Below, piece by piece: positions 37,720 to 39,589 of a DNA stretch of 39,589 bases; the first letter of the stretch is position 1; each line of letters opens with the position of its first letter. The DNA comes from a bacterium (GTDB taxonomy: Bacteria; Patescibacteriota; Minisyncoccia; UBA6257; GWB1-50-10). The DNA lies in NCBI GenBank assembly GCA_021814545.1, contig JAKAID010000001.1, positions 1 to 39,589 on the forward strand, in the 5' to 3' direction. Made by a program: the position numbers and the translations under genes. Below the pieces are notes generated by a model. The model was not told the DNA's origin, made no database searches, and was given only the letters and a program-made list of their open reading frames with translations.

Positions 37720-38397
37720 CTATTTTTTTTGCCTAACCTTTTTCTTTTTGTCAAAATCTCCGAGATATCTATTGACGCGCTCATTCGAGTAATTGGCAAG
37801 TTTTTGTAAAAAATCCATATGCGTTTCAACGGCGCCCTTGTGTACGGGTTTTTTAGATTTTACTTTATGTGCGATGGTTCCGCGCAGTTTAATAAATTTT
37901 TGTAGCCGTCTCCGTGCATTGGTGGGAGTAATTGTATACCAGGACCAAGATTTTGATAGATTGTCTAATCCTATGAGATCTGAAAACAAATCGTCGATAT
38001 TTTTTGGCGATGGGGTATTAAACTCACCAAGAAATTTTTTTGATTTTGTAATTTTGTATTCTTTTAAAATACTTTTCCATCCGTTGCCGGCGAGTTCCAG
38101 TACTTTTAGGTCATTCTTGTCTTCTTTTACGTGCTTCGACAAACGTTTTTGGACCTCTTTCGGGAAATGGTCGGGGCTTGAGGCTTTTGTTAGCAATGAA
38201 GAAAACGCCTTGTCCGCCAAATCTTCAATAAAGGCCTCCCAACATGCAACGAGTAAGACAACACTGCTTTTGTTTAAAACTTGAATCAAACTATCCCTGC
38301 GGCCGCGTTTTTCTCCAGTTAAAGCCTCGTGCATAAGGAGGAGCGCCTTAACCTCTCCGAGATTTTCTTGAAAATTTTGAATGGGCTTTTTGATCAT
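37720..38397 (-). CDS. HEPN-domain protein (RiboL-PSP/MAE_28990-like)
   Basis: VVLLVACWEAFIED upstream Glu motif, FNTP and Rx4H motif RGTIAH; visibly AT-rich. Confidence 0.8.
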   Translation of the reverse strand: MIKKPIQNFQENLGEVKALLLMHEALTGEKRGRRDSLIQVLNKSSVVLLVACWEAFIEDLADKAFSSLLTKASSPDHFPKEVQKRLSKHVKEDKNDLKVLELAGNGWKSILKEYKITKSKKFLGEFNTPSPKNIDDLFSDLIGLDNLSKSWSWYTITPTNARRRLQKFIKLRGTIAHKVKSKKPVHKGAVETHMDFLQKLANYSNERVNRYLGDFDKKKKVRQKK

Positions 38398-38404
38398 AAG
38401 TTTT

Positions 38405-38547
38405 CTGGAGAAAGCGTTGAGGGAATCGAACGTCGCTCGTTCGCCACCCGCTCCTTAGAAACCCTCGGTTTCTAAACGCTCCTACAGGGCTATTTTCTAC
38501 ACGGGAGACCAGGTGTTCTCCCGACCCCCCGTTCGAATCCTTCCCAG
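38405..38547. other. Structured element bounded by inverted tRNA T-arm-like repeats
   Basis: GAGGGAATCGAACG (38419-38432) / CGTTCGAATCCTTC (38530-38543); internal hairpins 38455-38475 and 38502-38523. Confidence 0.55.
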
Positions 38548-38596
38548 TATAGAACAAGCGCGAGATGGCATAAAGTCATCTCATGCTTGGTTTGTG

Positions 38597-38681
38597 CGGA
38601 GGGGGAGGGATTCGAACCCTCGATACCTTGCGGTATACAGTCTTTCCAGGACTGCGCACTAGACCACTATGCGACCCCTCC
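38597..38681 (-). tRNA. tRNA-Ser(GGA), CCA not encoded
   Basis: GGAGGGG acceptor, CAGTC-CTGGAAA-GACTG anticodon arm, long variable arm and GGTTCGAATCC. Confidence 0.97.
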
Positions 38682-38751
38682 AAGCCTGATTGTGATTGTA
38701 GGGGAATCGGATGCGATTTTCAAATAAATCCCGAAGAGGTATCATCTTTCT

Positions 38752-39390
38752 ATGACACGCTTACCGTATCTTCTTGTACTCGCGCTCGTGCTTACTATCG
38801 CGGCGATCGTCGGCGTCTATTATCTCGCCTCGCCCAATTTTTTTAATGGCACGGGGCGAGGATGTACGTTAGAGGCCAAGCAGTGCCCGAATGGTACGTA
38901 CGTGGGGCGCACGGGGCCGAATTGTGAGTTCACGCCTTGCCCGGAAAAGCAGATGTCGACTGATTCGTGGAAGAGCTACACCGATGCGGCGCAGCACCTT
39001 GAGGTGTTCTATCCGGAAACATTGCCTGCGACCTACATTCAAACCGTTCCTATTGGCTGGCCGCCCAAGGTGACCATCGAACCGAGGGCGTATTCTTGCG
39101 AGCAAAAAGGCGGTGGCGATGGGTTGCCCCAGGAGGTCGTTGAGCGAACAGCGAACGGGCGCTCGTATTGCGTGTCGGTCGTAAAGCAGGGGGCGGCAGG
39201 TTCCGTGTACGCAGATTACGTGTATTCAAAAAAGAAGGGGCTTGACCTTGTGAGCATCTCATTCGCGTTGCGCTATCCGCAATGTGGAAATTATGATGAA
39301 ATGGAGCGGGCGAAATGCACCAAGGAGCAGACCACGTTTGACCTCGATGGTATTGCCTTGCAGATTTTGAAGAGTATTCGCAGGGAATAG
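38752..39390 (+). CDS. Membrane-anchored Cys-rich surface protein
   Basis: TM helix followed by CTLEAKQCPNGTYVGRTGPNCEFTPCP module and WKSY..YP domain start. Confidence 0.8.
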   Translation: MTRLPYLLVLALVLTIAAIVGVYYLASPNFFNGTGRGCTLEAKQCPNGTYVGRTGPNCEFTPCPEKQMSTDSWKSYTDAAQHLEVFYPETLPATYIQTVPIGWPPKVTIEPRAYSCEQKGGGDGLPQEVVERTANGRSYCVSVVKQGAAGSVYADYVYSKKKGLDLVSISFALRYPQCGNYDEMERAKCTKEQTTFDLDGIALQILKSIRRE

Positions 39391-39414
39391 TAGTATTTAT
39401 CGCGTGTGTGTATT

Positions 39415-39443
39415 TTGACAAAACATACAAAAAACGTTATTAT
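39415..39443 (+). promoter_or_regulatory. Sigma70 promoter
   Basis: TTGACA-17nt-TATTAT. Confidence 0.75.
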
Positions 39444-39489
39444 GTGCGCAGTTCGTTAGTATTCACACACCTGAACAAGGAGGGTGGGC

Positions 39490-39589
39490 ATGACGGAAAA
39501 TCCGATCACGTCCGGACAGAAGAGAACGGTGGAAGGAATCATTCACGCCGCGCTCGAGGGCATGCTGAAAGGTGACGACCTCGACAAGG
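39490..39589 (+). CDS. Hypothetical protein, 3' truncated by window end
   Basis: MTENPITSGQKRTVEG... open to the edge; preceded by a promoter and AAGGAGGG. Confidence 0.55.
   Translation, partial: MTENPITSGQKRTVEGIIHAALEGMLKGDDLDK

Overview
This is a chromosomal window from a small-genome bacterium, most likely Patescibacteria/CPR (Parcubacteria-like). The assignment is inferred from the gene repertoire, archaeal-type UMP kinase, LamG-bearing pilins, stand-alone VirD4/HerA-like ATPase and divergent 16S. The window opens with the 3' end of a 16S rRNA gene that lacks the anti-Shine-Dalgarno tail and is not followed by tRNA or 23S. Next come a receiver-domain protein, a type IV pilus cluster (pilin, PilB, PilC, two LamG minor pilins) and a VirD4/TraG-like ATPase. 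These are followed by a GT2, tpiA, rodA, mltG, rpoB, rpoC, rpsF-ssb-rpsR, a PAP2 phosphatase, an unusual protease-plus-beta-barrel-like protein, tRNA-Leu(CAA), parA, parB, rel, CIRCE-groES-groEL, thyX, lemA-TPM and pyrH. The window ends with small accessory genes (alkyltransferase, SMR-like transporter, AT-rich HEPN gene) next to tRNA-Ser(GGA). The most striking unexplained structures are non-coding. A 274-nt element closed by a perfect 24-bp inverted repeat fills the space between a putative promoter and the parA ATG and has two arms whose internal loops are complementary to each other. A second promoter-driven structured RNA lies between parA and parB. A structured element bounded by tRNA T-arm-like repeats lies in front of the HEPN gene. 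All protein calls come from motif recognition and all RNA folds from pairing by eye; no searches were run.
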